Below are positions 29,606-39,476 of a stretch of 64,000 bases of DNA, piece by piece. A model generated the notes under the pieces. That model saw only the letters and a list, made by a program, of their open reading frames with translations. It was not told where the DNA came from and did not search any database. Source of the DNA: Alphaproteobacteria bacterium (GTDB lineage Bacteria > Pseudomonadota > Alphaproteobacteria > MPNO01); assembly GCA_963422565.1 (NCBI GenBank), contig OY730228.1, forward strand, positions 37,315 through 101,314, given 5' to 3'. Numbering within the stretch: the first letter of the stretch is position 1; every line of letters begins with the position of its first letter. The translations under genes were made by a program, and so were the position numbers.

Positions 29606-30478
29606 ATGCGCGACCGCCACCTGAAATATCTGCTCGTGCTGCCGGCGGTGGCGGTCGTGCTGGCGACCGCGATCTGGCCGCTCCTGCAGTCGCTCCAGCT
29701 CAGCTTCCGGACCTGGAAGCTCTCGAGATCCGCGATTCCCGGCCCGTTCATCGGGTTCGACAACTATCGCTGGGCGCTGCTCGAGGACCCGGACTTCTGG
29801 AACGCGACCGTCGTGACCTCGGTCTACACGGTGCTGACCGTCGTCCTGACGACGCTGTTCGCGCTCGGCATCGCGCTGTTGCTGGCGCCGGGCGGACGGC
29901 TGCGGCTCACCGTGCGCACGCTGCTGATCCTGCCGTTCGCGATGAGCCCGGCGCTCGTCGGCGTCTCCTTCCGGTTCATGTTCAACCCCGAGTTCGGCCT
30001 CTTCGACGCCTTCTTCGGCCTGCTGATTCCGCCGCTCGCCGACCTGTCCTGGCTGTCCGACCCGACGCTCGCCTTCTGCGTGGCCGTCATGGCCGACATC
30101 TGGGGCTGGATCCCCTTCGTCACCCTGGTCCTCATCGGCGGCATCGCGGCCCTGCCGAGGGAGACGATCGAGGCCGCCCAGGTCGACGGCGCCTCGGCCT
30201 GGCAGGCGTTTCGCGACGTGACCCTCCCCCAGCTCGCCCCGGTGATCGCCATCGTCGTCATTCTGAAGTCGATCTTCTCGATCAAGACCTTCGATCAGAT
30301 CTACATGCTGACCAATGGCGGGCCGGGGACCGCCACCCAGACGCTCGCCCATTACGCCTATTTCAGCGGCTTCAAATATTACGACATGGGCTATGCGGCG
30401 GCGGTCGCCTGGGTGCTCGTCCTGCCGATGATCGTGCTGACCTTTCTCTACACCCGCTATGTCTTTCGCAACGGTTAG
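29606..30478 (+). CDS. CUT1 ABC transporter permease 1
   Basis: FIGFDNY, EAAQVDGASAWQ EAA loop, LTNGGPGTAT. Confidence 0.93.
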   Translation: MRDRHLKYLLVLPAVAVVLATAIWPLLQSLQLSFRTWKLSRSAIPGPFIGFDNYRWALLEDPDFWNATVVTSVYTVLTVVLTTLFALGIALLLAPGGRLRLTVRTLLILPFAMSPALVGVSFRFMFNPEFGLFDAFFGLLIPPLADLSWLSDPTLAFCVAVMADIWGWIPFVTLVLIGGIAALPRETIEAAQVDGASAWQAFRDVTLPQLAPVIAIVVILKSIFSIKTFDQIYMLTNGGPGTATQTLAHYAYFSGFKYYDMGYAAAVAWVLVLPMIVLTFLYTRYVFRNG

Positions 30479-30491
30479 CGGGGATGCGCGC

Positions 30492-31319
30492 ATGGTTCGA
30501 CGCCGGAAGAAGCTGCTTCAGGAGGGGGGCCGGATCGCGCTGATCCTGACCGCCGCGGCGGTCATGATGCTCCCTATCCTCTGGATCGTGATGGCGGCCT
30601 TCAAGACGCATGTCGACGTGTATCAGCTCAAGCTGTTCTTCGTCCCGACCTTGGACAATTTCATACAGGTGTTCGCCGCGCCCTACGACCTTCATCGCAA
30701 GCTGTTCAACAGCACCGTCGTGGCGCTGGCCACCATTCTGATCGCAATCCCGCTCGCGACCATGGCGGCTTACGGCTTCTCCCGCTTCCGACTCGTCGGG
30801 CAGCGCGCGATGTTCGTCACGATCCTGGCGACCCAGTTCCTGCCGGCCGTCGTGATCGTGCTTCCGTTCTTTCTGATGTTCCGCGACATGGGTATTCTCG
30901 ATACCCGGCTCGGCCTCGTCGTCGTCAACCTGTCGATCGTCATGCCGTTCGGAGTCTGGATGATCAAGGGCTTCATCGACGGCATCCCGATCGAGACGGA
31001 GGAATCGGCCCTCGTCGACGGTTCGACGCGCCTCCAGGTCATCCGCAACATCGTCCTGCCGATGGCCGCCCCGGGGATCATCACCGCCGCGATCTTTTGC
31101 TTCATCATCGCCTGGAACGATTTCCTGTTCGCGCTGATCCTCACCAACAGCGAGGCGGTAACGCTGCCGGTCGGGCTGGCGCTGTTCAAGGCCGAGGAAG
31201 GCGATCTGTGGAATCTGCTGGCCGCGGCGGGGATCATCATCATGGTCCCCATGTTCGTTCTGGCGCTGATCATCCAGAAGCATTTCGTCCAGGGCATGAC
31301 CATGGGAGCAGTGCGCTGA
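30492..31319 (+). CDS. CUT1 ABC transporter permease 2
   Basis: AAYGFSRF, EESALVDGS, FIIAWNDFLFA, QKHFVQGMTMGAV. Confidence 0.93.
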   Translation: MVRRRKKLLQEGGRIALILTAAAVMMLPILWIVMAAFKTHVDVYQLKLFFVPTLDNFIQVFAAPYDLHRKLFNSTVVALATILIAIPLATMAAYGFSRFRLVGQRAMFVTILATQFLPAVVIVLPFFLMFRDMGILDTRLGLVVVNLSIVMPFGVWMIKGFIDGIPIETEESALVDGSTRLQVIRNIVLPMAAPGIITAAIFCFIIAWNDFLFALILTNSEAVTLPVGLALFKAEEGDLWNLLAAAGIIIMVPMFVLALIIQKHFVQGMTMGAVR

Positions 31320-32377
31320 TGGCCGGCGTCTCGCTGCGGAACGTGACCAAGCGCTGGGGCGAGGTGGTCGGCGTCGACAACCAGTCGCTGGAGGTGCGCG
31401 ACCGGGAGTTCCTGGTGCTCCTCGGGCCGTCGGGCTGCGGCAAGACGACGACGATGCGCATGATCGCCGGGCTCGAGGAGCCGAGCTCGGGCGAGATCTG
31501 GATCGGCGGCCGCATGGTCAACGACGACCTGCCCAAAGACCGCGACGTGGCGATGGTCTTCCAGAATTACGGGCTCTACCCGCACATGTCGGTGCGCGAG
31601 AACATCGGTTATCCGCTGAAGGTGCGGCGGGTTCCCCGTCGCGAATGGGACCGCCGGATCGAGACCGCGGCCGCTCGCGTGCAGCTTCGAGGGCTCCTCG
31701 ACCGCAAGCCGCGCCAGCTCTCGGGCGGTCAGCGCCAGCGGGTCGCGCTCGCCCGCGCGATCGTCCGCGAGCCCAAGCTGTTCCTCATGGACGAACCGCT
31801 GTCGAATCTCGACGCCAAGCTGCGAGTCTCGACCCGTGCCGAGCTGAAGCATCTGCAGCACGAGCTGGCGACGACGACGATCTACGTCACCCACGACCAG
31901 ATCGAAGCGATGACGCTCGCCGACCGGGTGGCCGTCATGAATTTCGGCGTCATCCAGCAGCTTGACACGCCGGAAGGGATCTATGACGCCCCCGAGACTC
32001 TCTTCGTCGCGGGTTTTATCGGTTCGCCGCCCATGAACCTGATCGCGGGCCGGTTGGAGAACGGCGCCTTCGTCGCCGACGGGATATCGGTGCCGGCGGT
32101 CGGTGGCGCGGCGCAGGGCGGCGTCGTCCTCGGCGTCCGCCCCGAGGATCTCACGGTCGCCGCGCCGGGCGGCGGCCGATTCGACGCCAAGATCTATACG
32201 GTCGAACTCACCGGCGATGCCGTGCTCGTGACGGTTTCCGTCGACGGGCAGCTCGTCTCGGCGCGAGGTCCGCGGCATTTCCGAAAGGAGATCGGCGAGA
32301 CCGTCGGCATCGGCCTCGATGCGGCGCATGTGCATCTGTTCGATCAGAAGTCCGAACGGCGCATCGCCTGCCGGTAG
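31319..32377 (+). CDS. CUT1 ABC transporter ATPase (MalK/UgpC-like)
   Basis: GPSGCGKT, LSGGQRQR, LMDEPLSNLD, YVTHDQ, C-terminal TOBE region. Confidence 0.95.
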   Translation: MAGVSLRNVTKRWGEVVGVDNQSLEVRDREFLVLLGPSGCGKTTTMRMIAGLEEPSSGEIWIGGRMVNDDLPKDRDVAMVFQNYGLYPHMSVRENIGYPLKVRRVPRREWDRRIETAAARVQLRGLLDRKPRQLSGGQRQRVALARAIVREPKLFLMDEPLSNLDAKLRVSTRAELKHLQHELATTTIYVTHDQIEAMTLADRVAVMNFGVIQQLDTPEGIYDAPETLFVAGFIGSPPMNLIAGRLENGAFVADGISVPAVGGAAQGGVVLGVRPEDLTVAAPGGGRFDAKIYTVELTGDAVLVTVSVDGQLVSARGPRHFRKEIGETVGIGLDAAHVHLFDQKSERRIACR

Positions 32378-32424
32378 GGCCGTCCGCCGGCACCGGACCG
32401 AACCGCCCGCGGAGGAGAATGCGA

Positions 32425-33567
32425 ATGCGCAACAGCGACCATATCCAGACCACCCATGTCGGCAGCCTGCCTCGCCCCGCCGAGGTCGGCGCCCTCCTGT
32501 TCGCCCGCGAGGACGGCGAGGCGGTGGCGCCCGACCGGTTCGCCGCGGTCGTGGATGCGGCCGTCTCCGAGGTCGTCGCCCGCCAGCGCACGCTCGGCAT
32601 CGATCTGCCGTCCGACGGCGAGTTCGGCAAGATTTCCTACGCCACCTACATCAAGGATCGGCTCACCGGCTTCGAAGGCGACAGCCCGCGGCGTCCGCCC
32701 GCCGACCTGGCCGACTACCCCGCCTATATGGCGCGTCTGGCCGAGAGCGGCGGGACGCCGACCTACCGGCGGCCCTGCTGCGTCGGCCCGATCGCCGTCA
32801 AGGATCTCGCCCCGCTGGAGCGGGACATCGCGCGCTTCCGCCGCGCGCTCGATGCGGCCGGCTATTCCCAGGGTTTCGTCAACGCCGCTTCGCCGGGCGT
32901 CATCGCGCAGTTTCAGCCGTCCAGCTATCACCTCAGCCACGACGCATATGTCGCCGATCTGGCGGAGGCGATGCGGACGGAATACGAGACGATCGCTTCC
33001 GCCGGCCTGATCCTCCAGATCGACGCGCCCGATCTGGCCCTCGGCCGCCATGTCCTGTTCCCCGATCTCCCGGACGCCGATTTCCTGGAGATCGCCGCTC
33101 GGCATGTCGAACTCCTCAACGCGGCGCTCGCGAATGTGCCCCGCGCCCAGGTTCGCCTGCATATCTGCTGGGGCAATTACGAGGGGCCGCACACCCGCGA
33201 TCTGCCGATGGAACGAATTCTGCCTCTGCTGCTGACGGTGAAGGCGGACGCGCTGCTCTTCGAAGCGGCCAACCCGCGCCACGCCCATGAATGGCGGGCT
33301 TGGCGCGGCGTCCGCCTCCCCGACGACCTCGTCCTGATCCCGGGCGTCATCGACAGCACGACGAACTATGTCGAGCATCCGCGTCTGATCGCCGACCGGA
33401 TCCGCCGCTTCGCCGACATCGTCGGCCGCGAGCGCGTGGTCGCCGGGACCGATTGTGGCTTCGCCACCTTCGCCGGCTTCGGCGCGGTCGATGCGGAGAT
33501 CGCGTTCGCGAAGCTGGAGGCCCTCGTCGCCGGAGCCGGGATCGCCAGCGGCGAGCTCTGGGGGTGA
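32425..33567 (+). CDS. Cobalamin-independent methionine synthase II family Zn enzyme (epoxyalkane:CoM transferase-like superfamily)
   Basis: TTHVGSLPRP, DGEFGK, LHICWGNYEGPH, EAANPRH, GTDCGF. Confidence 0.88.
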   Translation: MRNSDHIQTTHVGSLPRPAEVGALLFAREDGEAVAPDRFAAVVDAAVSEVVARQRTLGIDLPSDGEFGKISYATYIKDRLTGFEGDSPRRPPADLADYPAYMARLAESGGTPTYRRPCCVGPIAVKDLAPLERDIARFRRALDAAGYSQGFVNAASPGVIAQFQPSSYHLSHDAYVADLAEAMRTEYETIASAGLILQIDAPDLALGRHVLFPDLPDADFLEIAARHVELLNAALANVPRAQVRLHICWGNYEGPHTRDLPMERILPLLLTVKADALLFEAANPRHAHEWRAWRGVRLPDDLVLIPGVIDSTTNYVEHPRLIADRIRRFADIVGRERVVAGTDCGFATFAGFGAVDAEIAFAKLEALVAGAGIASGELWG

Positions 33568-33913
33568 CGCCTGTGGAAGGCCCGCCCGACGCTGCAGGCC
33601 GCGCCGCTGGGCGGGGAGGCGGGCGTCTCGAGGTCTCGCACGGGGCGCTGCGCTGCGGGGTGGGTTCTCCACCAGTTCGAGGGCGCGCCGGTCGACCGGC
33701 GCGAGGCCTGGTTCGATGCCGCGATCGACGCGGCGTCCCCGTCTGACATTGTCGACCGGCGCGCTCGGCATCGAGGAGCGAGGATATCCGTAGGCGGGCG
33801 TTGTTCGGCCTGTCTCTTCCGTGGAATCCGCCCTATGTTTATGGTGGCAGCGGGCGCCGCAGACGGCGACGCTCCACGCTTGGCCGCATCGTCGGGAACC
33901 GCACGGTAAGGAC

Positions 33914-34930
33914 ATGCCGCTCCAGACCCTCGTTCCGCTGACGGATCCGTTCGAGCGCCGAATCACCTATCTGCGCGTCTCGGTCACCGACCGCTGCGAT
34001 TTCCGCTGCGTCTACTGCATGGCGGAGTCGATGACCTTCCTGCCGAAGGCGCAGGTGTTGACGCTCGAGGAGATGGACCGGCTGTGCAGCGCCTTCGTGC
34101 GCCGGGGCGTGCGCAAACTGCGCCTCACCGGCGGAGAACCCCTGGTGCGGCGCAACATCATCTGGCTGGTCGAGCGGCTCGGCCGCCATCTCGAGACGGG
34201 AGATCTGGACGAACTGACGCTGACCACCAACGGCAGCCAGCTCGTGCGCCATGCCGAGGCTCTGGCCCGCGCCGGGGTACGTCGGATCAACCTGTCGCTG
34301 GACACGCTGGATGCGGCGAAGTTCGCCGAGATCACCCGCTGGGGCCGGCTGGATCGGGTGCTCGAAGGCCTCGCCGCCGCCGATGCCGCCGGCCTTCGGA
34401 TCAAGATCAACACCGTCGCGCTGCGCGGCGTCAACGACGACGAGCTCGGCGATATCGTTGCCTGGTGCGGCGCGCGCGGCTATGACGTGACGTTCATCGA
34501 GGTGATGCCGCTGGGCGAGATCGGCGGCGAGGCCCGGCTCGACCAGTATCTGCCACTATCGATGGTGCGCGCCGCCCTCCGGCGCCGGTTCACCCTCGAC
34601 GAGACCGATTACGCGACCGGTGGACCGGCGCGCTACTCGGTCTGCCGGGAGACCGGCGGCCGCGTCGGGTTCATCACCCCGATGACCCATAATTTCTGCG
34701 AGGCCTGCAACCGGGTCCGTCTCACCTGTACGGGGACGCTCTATATGTGCCTGGGCCAGGAGGACGCCGCGGATCTGCGCGCGCCTCTCCGGGCGAGCGA
34801 GAGCGACGATCCGCTCATGGATGCGATCGACGAGGCGATCGGCCGCAAGCCCAAGGGCCACGATTTCATCATCGACCGCCGCCGTCGGGCCCCGGCGGTC
34901 GGCCGCCATATGAGCGTCACCGGGGGCTAG
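33914..34930 (+). CDS. moaA: GTP 3',8-cyclase MoaA
   Basis: [34 protein letters not shown]-terminal MSVTGG. Confidence 0.97.
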   Translation: MPLQTLVPLTDPFERRITYLRVSVTDRCDFRCVYCMAESMTFLPKAQVLTLEEMDRLCSAFVRRGVRKLRLTGGEPLVRRNIIWLVERLGRHLETGDLDELTLTTNGSQLVRHAEALARAGVRRINLSLDTLDAAKFAEITRWGRLDRVLEGLAAADAAGLRIKINTVALRGVNDDELGDIVAWCGARGYDVTFIEVMPLGEIGGEARLDQYLPLSMVRAALRRRFTLDETDYATGGPARYSVCRETGGRVGFITPMTHNFCEACNRVRLTCTGTLYMCLGQEDAADLRAPLRASESDDPLMDAIDEAIGRKPKGHDFIIDRRRRAPAVGRHMSVTGG

Positions 34931-35039
34931 CGGGGCGGTGCGGCCGGGGATGCTGCCGCCGCAAAACGCCGCATTGAAAACCCGGCAGCCGCCCTTATTC
35001 TTCCGGCGACGGGGTGGGTCGCTTGGGAGCCGATGGCGA

Positions 35040-36251
35040 ATGGACTACGAGAGCTTTTTTGCCGAGTCGGTCTCGAGGCTGAGAGACGAGGGCCGCTACC
35101 GGGTCTTCGCCGACCTCGAGCGCTCCGCCGGCGCGTTTCCGAACGCGGACTGGCATGACGGGGACGCCACCGCCGAGGTGACCGTCTGGTGCAGCAACGA
35201 CTATCTCGGGATGGGGCAGGACACCGGCGTGATCGCCGCCATGCATGCCGCCCTCGATCGCGTCGGGGCCGGCGCGGGAGGCACGCGCAACATCTCGGGG
35301 ACCAGCCATTACCATGTCCTGCTCGAGCGCGAGCTGGCGGCGCTGCACCGGAAGGAGGCGGCGCTGTTGTTCACCTCCGGCTATGTCGCGAACGACGCGA
35401 CCCTGGGTACGCTGGGCCAGACGCTGCCGGGCTGCATCATCTTCTCCGACGCCGACAACCACGCGTCGATGATCGCCGGCATCCGCAGCAGCCGGGCGAA
35501 GAAGCGGATATTCCGGCATAACGATGTCGCCCACCTGGACCGGCTGCTCGGCGAGTGCCCGGCCGGGGTGCCCAAGGTCGTCGCCTTCGAATCGGTCTAC
35601 TCGATGGACGGCGATGTCGCGCCGATCGGCGAGATCTGCGATGTCGCCGACCGACATGGGGCGCTGACCTATCTCGACGAGGTCCACGCGGTCGGGATGT
35701 ATGGACCGAACGGCGCCGGCGTCGCCGAGCGCGACGGTCAGATGCAGCGGATCACCGTTATCCAGGGTACGCTGGCCAAGGCCTTCGGGGTCGTCGGAGG
35801 GTATATCGCGGGCTCGGCCGCGCTTGTCGACTTCATCCGCAGCTATGCTGCCGGGTTCATCTTCACCACCTCGCTGCCGCCGGCGATCGCCGCCGGTGCG
35901 CTGCACAGCGTGCGCGCGGTCAAGGCCCGTGCCGCGCTCCGCGAACGCCATCAGGAGCGCGCGCGCGCGCTCAAGCGCCGACTCGCCTCCGCCGGTCTGC
36001 CCGTCATGCCGTCCACGACCCATGTGGTTCCGGTCTTCGTCGGCGATCCGCTGCTTTGCAAGCGGGTCACCGACGAGCTGATGACCCGCTACGCGATCTA
36101 CGTCCAGCCCATCAACTATCCCACGGTGCCGAGGGGGACGGAGCGGCTCCGCCTGACCCCGACCCCGCTCCACGACGACGCGGCGATGGATCGTCTCGTC
36201 GGCGCGCTCGCCGAGATCTGGAACCGGCTGGGGATCAAGGCCGCGGCGTGA
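35040..36251 (+). CDS. hemA: 5-aminolevulinate synthase
   Basis: [56 protein letters not shown]. Confidence 0.97.
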   Translation: MDYESFFAESVSRLRDEGRYRVFADLERSAGAFPNADWHDGDATAEVTVWCSNDYLGMGQDTGVIAAMHAALDRVGAGAGGTRNISGTSHYHVLLERELAALHRKEAALLFTSGYVANDATLGTLGQTLPGCIIFSDADNHASMIAGIRSSRAKKRIFRHNDVAHLDRLLGECPAGVPKVVAFESVYSMDGDVAPIGEICDVADRHGALTYLDEVHAVGMYGPNGAGVAERDGQMQRITVIQGTLAKAFGVVGGYIAGSAALVDFIRSYAAGFIFTTSLPPAIAAGALHSVRAVKARAALRERHQERARALKRRLASAGLPVMPSTTHVVPVFVGDPLLCKRVTDELMTRYAIYVQPINYPTVPRGTERLRLTPTPLHDDAAMDRLVGALAEIWNRLGIKAAA

Positions 36252-36288
36252 CCCGGAGGGGCCGCAGCGCCGAGGGCGGGGGAGGACG

Positions 36289-36864
36289 ATGTTCAGCGAC
36301 AACTCGCTCCTCCCCAACGAAGCGATCCGGCTCGCCGCCCTCGGCTTCGTCTGCGAACGGCCGACGCGCTATGCCGCGCTCGCCCGCTCCGTTCGAGACT
36401 TCACGAGCAGGATCGCCGGCCCATCGCTCGAATTGATGGGAAGCTCGATCGCGCTGCTGCTGACGGAGGGGTTGATCGCCTCCGAGGGCCCGGATCGGGA
36501 CCCCCTGCTGCACATCACTGAGGCGGGGCGCGCGGAGATCGAGACCCTGCTGCAGGCTTCGATCCGCGCCCTGCCGAGCGATGTCGGGCGGCTCGCCCTC
36601 GCTCTGAAGATGCGGTTCCTGCATTTGCTCGCGCCGGCGCGCCGGCGCGAGCAGGTGGCGCTGATGGTCGAGGCGTATGAGGCCGAGATCGCGAGGCTGA
36701 GCGATCTCGCGGCGCGCGGCGGTGGCGCGGGAATCTTCGACGACTGGCTCGCCCACGACATCGCGCTCGCCGGCGCCCGGAAGGCATGGCTCGAAAGGCT
36801 GCACCGCGCACTCCGGCGCGGGCCCGCCGCTTCGCCACCTACAGCAGATGCTGGCCGCCGGTGA
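36289..36864 (+). CDS. Conserved hypothetical protein, PadR-like winged helix
   Basis: GGAGG RBS; EAIRLAALG..Y..L, ITEAGR wing turn, helical C-terminus (LALKMRFL). Confidence 0.6.
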   Translation: MFSDNSLLPNEAIRLAALGFVCERPTRYAALARSVRDFTSRIAGPSLELMGSSIALLLTEGLIASEGPDRDPLLHITEAGRAEIETLLQASIRALPSDVGRLALALKMRFLHLLAPARRREQVALMVEAYEAEIARLSDLAARGGGAGIFDDWLAHDIALAGARKAWLERLHRALRRGPAASPPTADAGRR

Positions 36865-37582
36865 TGAAAATCTCGGTCCCGGTGACATAGCCGAACTCCT
36901 CGCCGCAGACGCGAAAGACCAGCGCGGCGACTTCCTTGGCGGTCCCCATTCGGTTGAGCGGGATACGCGGGATCAGCGCCTCGTATTCGGGGCCGGTCAT
37001 CTCGGTGGCGATCTCGCCCGGCGCGACCGCGTTGACCCGCACGCCGAGCTCCGCGAATTCGACGGCGAGCTCGCGGGTCAACGCCGACAGCGCCGCTTTG
37101 GATGTCGCATAGGCCGACCCGGCCAGGGGGTGGATCGCATGGCCGGCGATGGAGGTGATGTTGACGATGGAGCCGGCGCCGCGTGCGAGAGCGGGCGCGA
37201 AGCCGCGCGCCAGCATCAGCGGGGCGAACAGGTTGAGATCGAAGACCCGGTGCCAGCCGCCGAGATCGCCGTTCAGACAGCCGAGCCGCTCCCGATATTC
37301 GGTCTTGGGCGAGACGGCGGCGTTGTTGACGAGTGCATGCAGCGGCGCGCCGTCGAGCTCGGCGAGGGCCGCTTCGACGAAACGCCTTACGCTCGTCCCT
37401 TCCGACAGGTCCGCGGGGAAATGGCGGGTCCAGTTGGGGTCTCTCTCGCAGGCCTCGGGGACCTCGTCCCGGGAGCATGTGATGATCCGCCAGCCGGCCT
37501 CGCTGAACCGCTTGACGGTGGCATGGCCGATCCCGCGGCTCGCCCCGGTCAGAACGACCGAGCGGAGGGTCGGGGCGGTCAT
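36839..37582 (-). CDS. FixR-like SDR oxidoreductase
   Basis: LTGASRGIGHAT..FSEAGWRII, APLHALVNNA.VSPKT, HPLAGSAYATSKAAL, GGQHL; resembles Bradyrhizobium FixR as recalled. Confidence 0.85.
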   Translation of the reverse strand: MTAPTLRSVVLTGASRGIGHATVKRFSEAGWRIITCSRDEVPEACERDPNWTRHFPADLSEGTSVRRFVEAALAELDGAPLHALVNNAAVSPKTEYRERLGCLNGDLGGWHRVFDLNLFAPLMLARGFAPALARGAGSIVNITSIAGHAIHPLAGSAYATSKAALSALTRELAVEFAELGVRVNAVAPGEIATEMTGPEYEALIPRIPLNRMGTAKEVAALVFRVCGEEFGYVTGTEIFITGGQHLL

Positions 37583-37603
37583 GGGCGCCGCGCGCGCCGC
37601 CTC

Positions 37604-38470
37604 TCAATGGGCCAGCAGAACCGGGATCTCGCTGCGCGCGAGAATGTGGCGCGTGCGCCCGCCGAGGATGAGCTGGCGCAGCCGGCTCTGGGAATATGCG
37701 CCCTTGACCAGCAGGTCCGCGCCCAGCGCGCCCGAATGTTCGAGAAAGGCTGCGCCGAGATCGCTGGCCGCGCAGTCGAAGCGGTGGATGGACGCGCCGA
37801 TCCCGTGCCAGCTGAGCCGCTGCTGCAACGCCTCCGGCTTCACCGGAGAGACCTGCGCGGCGTCGGCGGCGAGTATGTGGACGGCCTGCGCGCCCTCGAG
37901 AAGGGGAATCGCGTCGGCGATCGTCCGCGCCGCCTCGGGGCTGCCTTCCCAGGCGATCGCGATCGTGTCGGCCACGCTCGCCGGCGGGGTCGGCGGGGCC
38001 ACGAGGATCGGCCGGCCGGTGTCGAGCAGCGCCGCCTCCAAGGTGATCGGCGACGGCAGGGCCGAGTCGCGGATCGGCCGGCCGACGACAAGGAGATCGT
38101 AGAGCCGCCCCTCGACGGCCACCGCCTCGTCCTCGCGGCCAACCAGGGTGCGCAGGGCCAGGGTGACCCCGGGGCCGCCGTCGGGCGCATCGGCGAAGCG
38201 GAGCCCGTGCTCCATGGCGAGCGCGTCGACCAGCTCGCGGGAGCGCAGCGCCCGTTCCTCGCCCTCTCGTTCGGTGGCTTCCATGATTTCCTCGATCATC
38301 GAGCCGTCCATGCCCTCACCGGTATAGGGCACCAGGCCGCGTGGATCCGGGCGGACGTGCAGGATCTCGATATGGGCGTCGAACCGTCTCGCGAGATGCA
38401 ACGCCGTCTCGAGGATCGGGCGGGCAATCTCGGGCGCCCCGATCGGGGCGAGCAGGCTGCGATAGCGCAT
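37604..38470 (-). CDS. Tandem universal stress protein
   Basis: LARRFDAHIEILHV, TGRPILVAP, IAWEGSPEAAR, ADLLVKGAYSQSRLRQLILGGRT..PVLLAH. Confidence 0.92.
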   Translation of the reverse strand: MRYRSLLAPIGAPEIARPILETALHLARRFDAHIEILHVRPDPRGLVPYTGEGMDGSMIEEIMEATEREGEERALRSRELVDALAMEHGLRFADAPDGGPGVTLALRTLVGREDEAVAVEGRLYDLLVVGRPIRDSALPSPITLEAALLDTGRPILVAPPTPPASVADTIAIAWEGSPEAARTIADAIPLLEGAQAVHILAADAAQVSPVKPEALQQRLSWHGIGASIHRFDCAASDLGAAFLEHSGALGADLLVKGAYSQSRLRQLILGGRTRHILARSEIPVLLAH

Positions 38471-38899
38471 GTCGTCTTTCCCTGGCGCACGATATCCCGG
38501 ACGAAGATCGACGATTTCAAATCGGCCCGCAAGGGCGCACTCCGACTCGGGACTTATAAGATGGCGTAGAGTGGCGGGGTCGCTTCGGTTATGCGTCGGC
38601 GAAGATGGTTCCGCATCGTCCGCCCCGATCGGACCCCGAGAGCATGTCGCGCAGCTACGCGAGGCCTTCCCCACCCCTTCTTCAAGCCTGCCGTCTCATA
38701 TCTCTCCGAACCGGCCCGCGGCGGCCGCTCGCCGGATGCGTCGGTAGAGATGCAGGCGAGAACCCCCGCCCATCCGGCCATCGGAACTCTCTGACGAAAC
38801 CGGCCTCGGCGCGGCTGTCCCCTGGCTACGCGGACGAGGTACCCGCGATAGGGGCGGGAGGCTGAGCGGGCGGCGGCGGGATAGCGAGGGGCGGAACGG

Positions 38900-39208
38900 C
38901 TATGCGGCGTCTCGGCGGCCGGAGATCGCCTCGCGGAGGCCCTCGAGGAGGCCTTCGAGCCTGGCCATGCGTTCCCGCAGATCGGCGATCTCGCGGCTGA
39001 TCTCGGTGCGCAGGGTGCTGATCTCTCTATGGACCTCGGCGCGCAGTGTGCCGATTTCGGTCTGCATCTCGGTGCGCAGCGTGCCGATTTCGGTCTGTAT
39101 CTCGGTGCGCAGCGTGCCGATCTCTCGGCGGTTGGCGCGCTGGCCGTTGAGCACGAGTCCGGCGACGGCGACGCCGACAGCCAGGATCGCGATGAGTTCG
39201 GCGTTCAT
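38900..39208 (-). CDS. Small membrane-anchored coiled-coil protein with 11-residue repeats (DUF1640/CCDC90-like periodicity)
   Basis: MNAELIAILAVGVAVAGLVL TM segment; REIGTLRTEIQ-type repeats; C-terminal LRERMARLEGLLEGLR. Confidence 0.75.
   Translation of the reverse strand: MNAELIAILAVGVAVAGLVLNGQRANRREIGTLRTEIQTEIGTLRTEMQTEIGTLRAEVHREISTLRTEISREIADLRERMARLEGLLEGLREAISGRRDAA
38963..39127 (-). repeat. Five 33-bp coding tandem repeats
   Basis: REIGTLRTEIQ / TEIGTLRTEMQ / TEIGTLRAEVH / REISTLRTEIS / REIADLRERMA. Confidence 0.9.
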
Positions 39209-39476
39209 TGATCGGAAAGTTCGATACCGTGATCGGGTTCGTGGCGCAATGGTAGGCGCGACGGGCGGGCGAGTCCATTGGTTGTCCCGGGTTCGGGACA
39301 TATGAGACGGAGGGGGTTCTTGGGCTGTAGGCCGGCCAGGACAGTTCCGCGCCGCGGGGCTCCGCAGGCTTCCCCTGTCCCTTCTCCGGTCACGCCGGTT
39401 CGTATGCGTCCGAACCGGGTCGCGGGGTGACGCGGCAATCGACACGGGGCGGCGAAAATCGACTAGAGTCCCGGCC

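Noticed and set aside
33568-33913. Moco riboswitch or small ORF upstream of moaA
   Set aside because: No Moco RNA consensus recognised; GC-rich palindromes (CGCGCCGGTCGACCGGCGCG) are plausible by chance; an Infernal/Rfam scan would settle it
38471-38899. FNR/FixK box or sRNA upstream of the Usp gene
   Set aside because: No TTGAT-N4-ATCAA match and no convincing structured RNA or terminator
39235-39300. tRNA-like start GGGTTCGTGGCGCAATGGTAGGCGCG with a D-arm look-alike
   Set aside because: Poor anticodon stem, no canonical TTCRA T-loop and no 3' acceptor strand; more simply the promoter region (TACCAT on the minus strand) of the small coiled-coil gene
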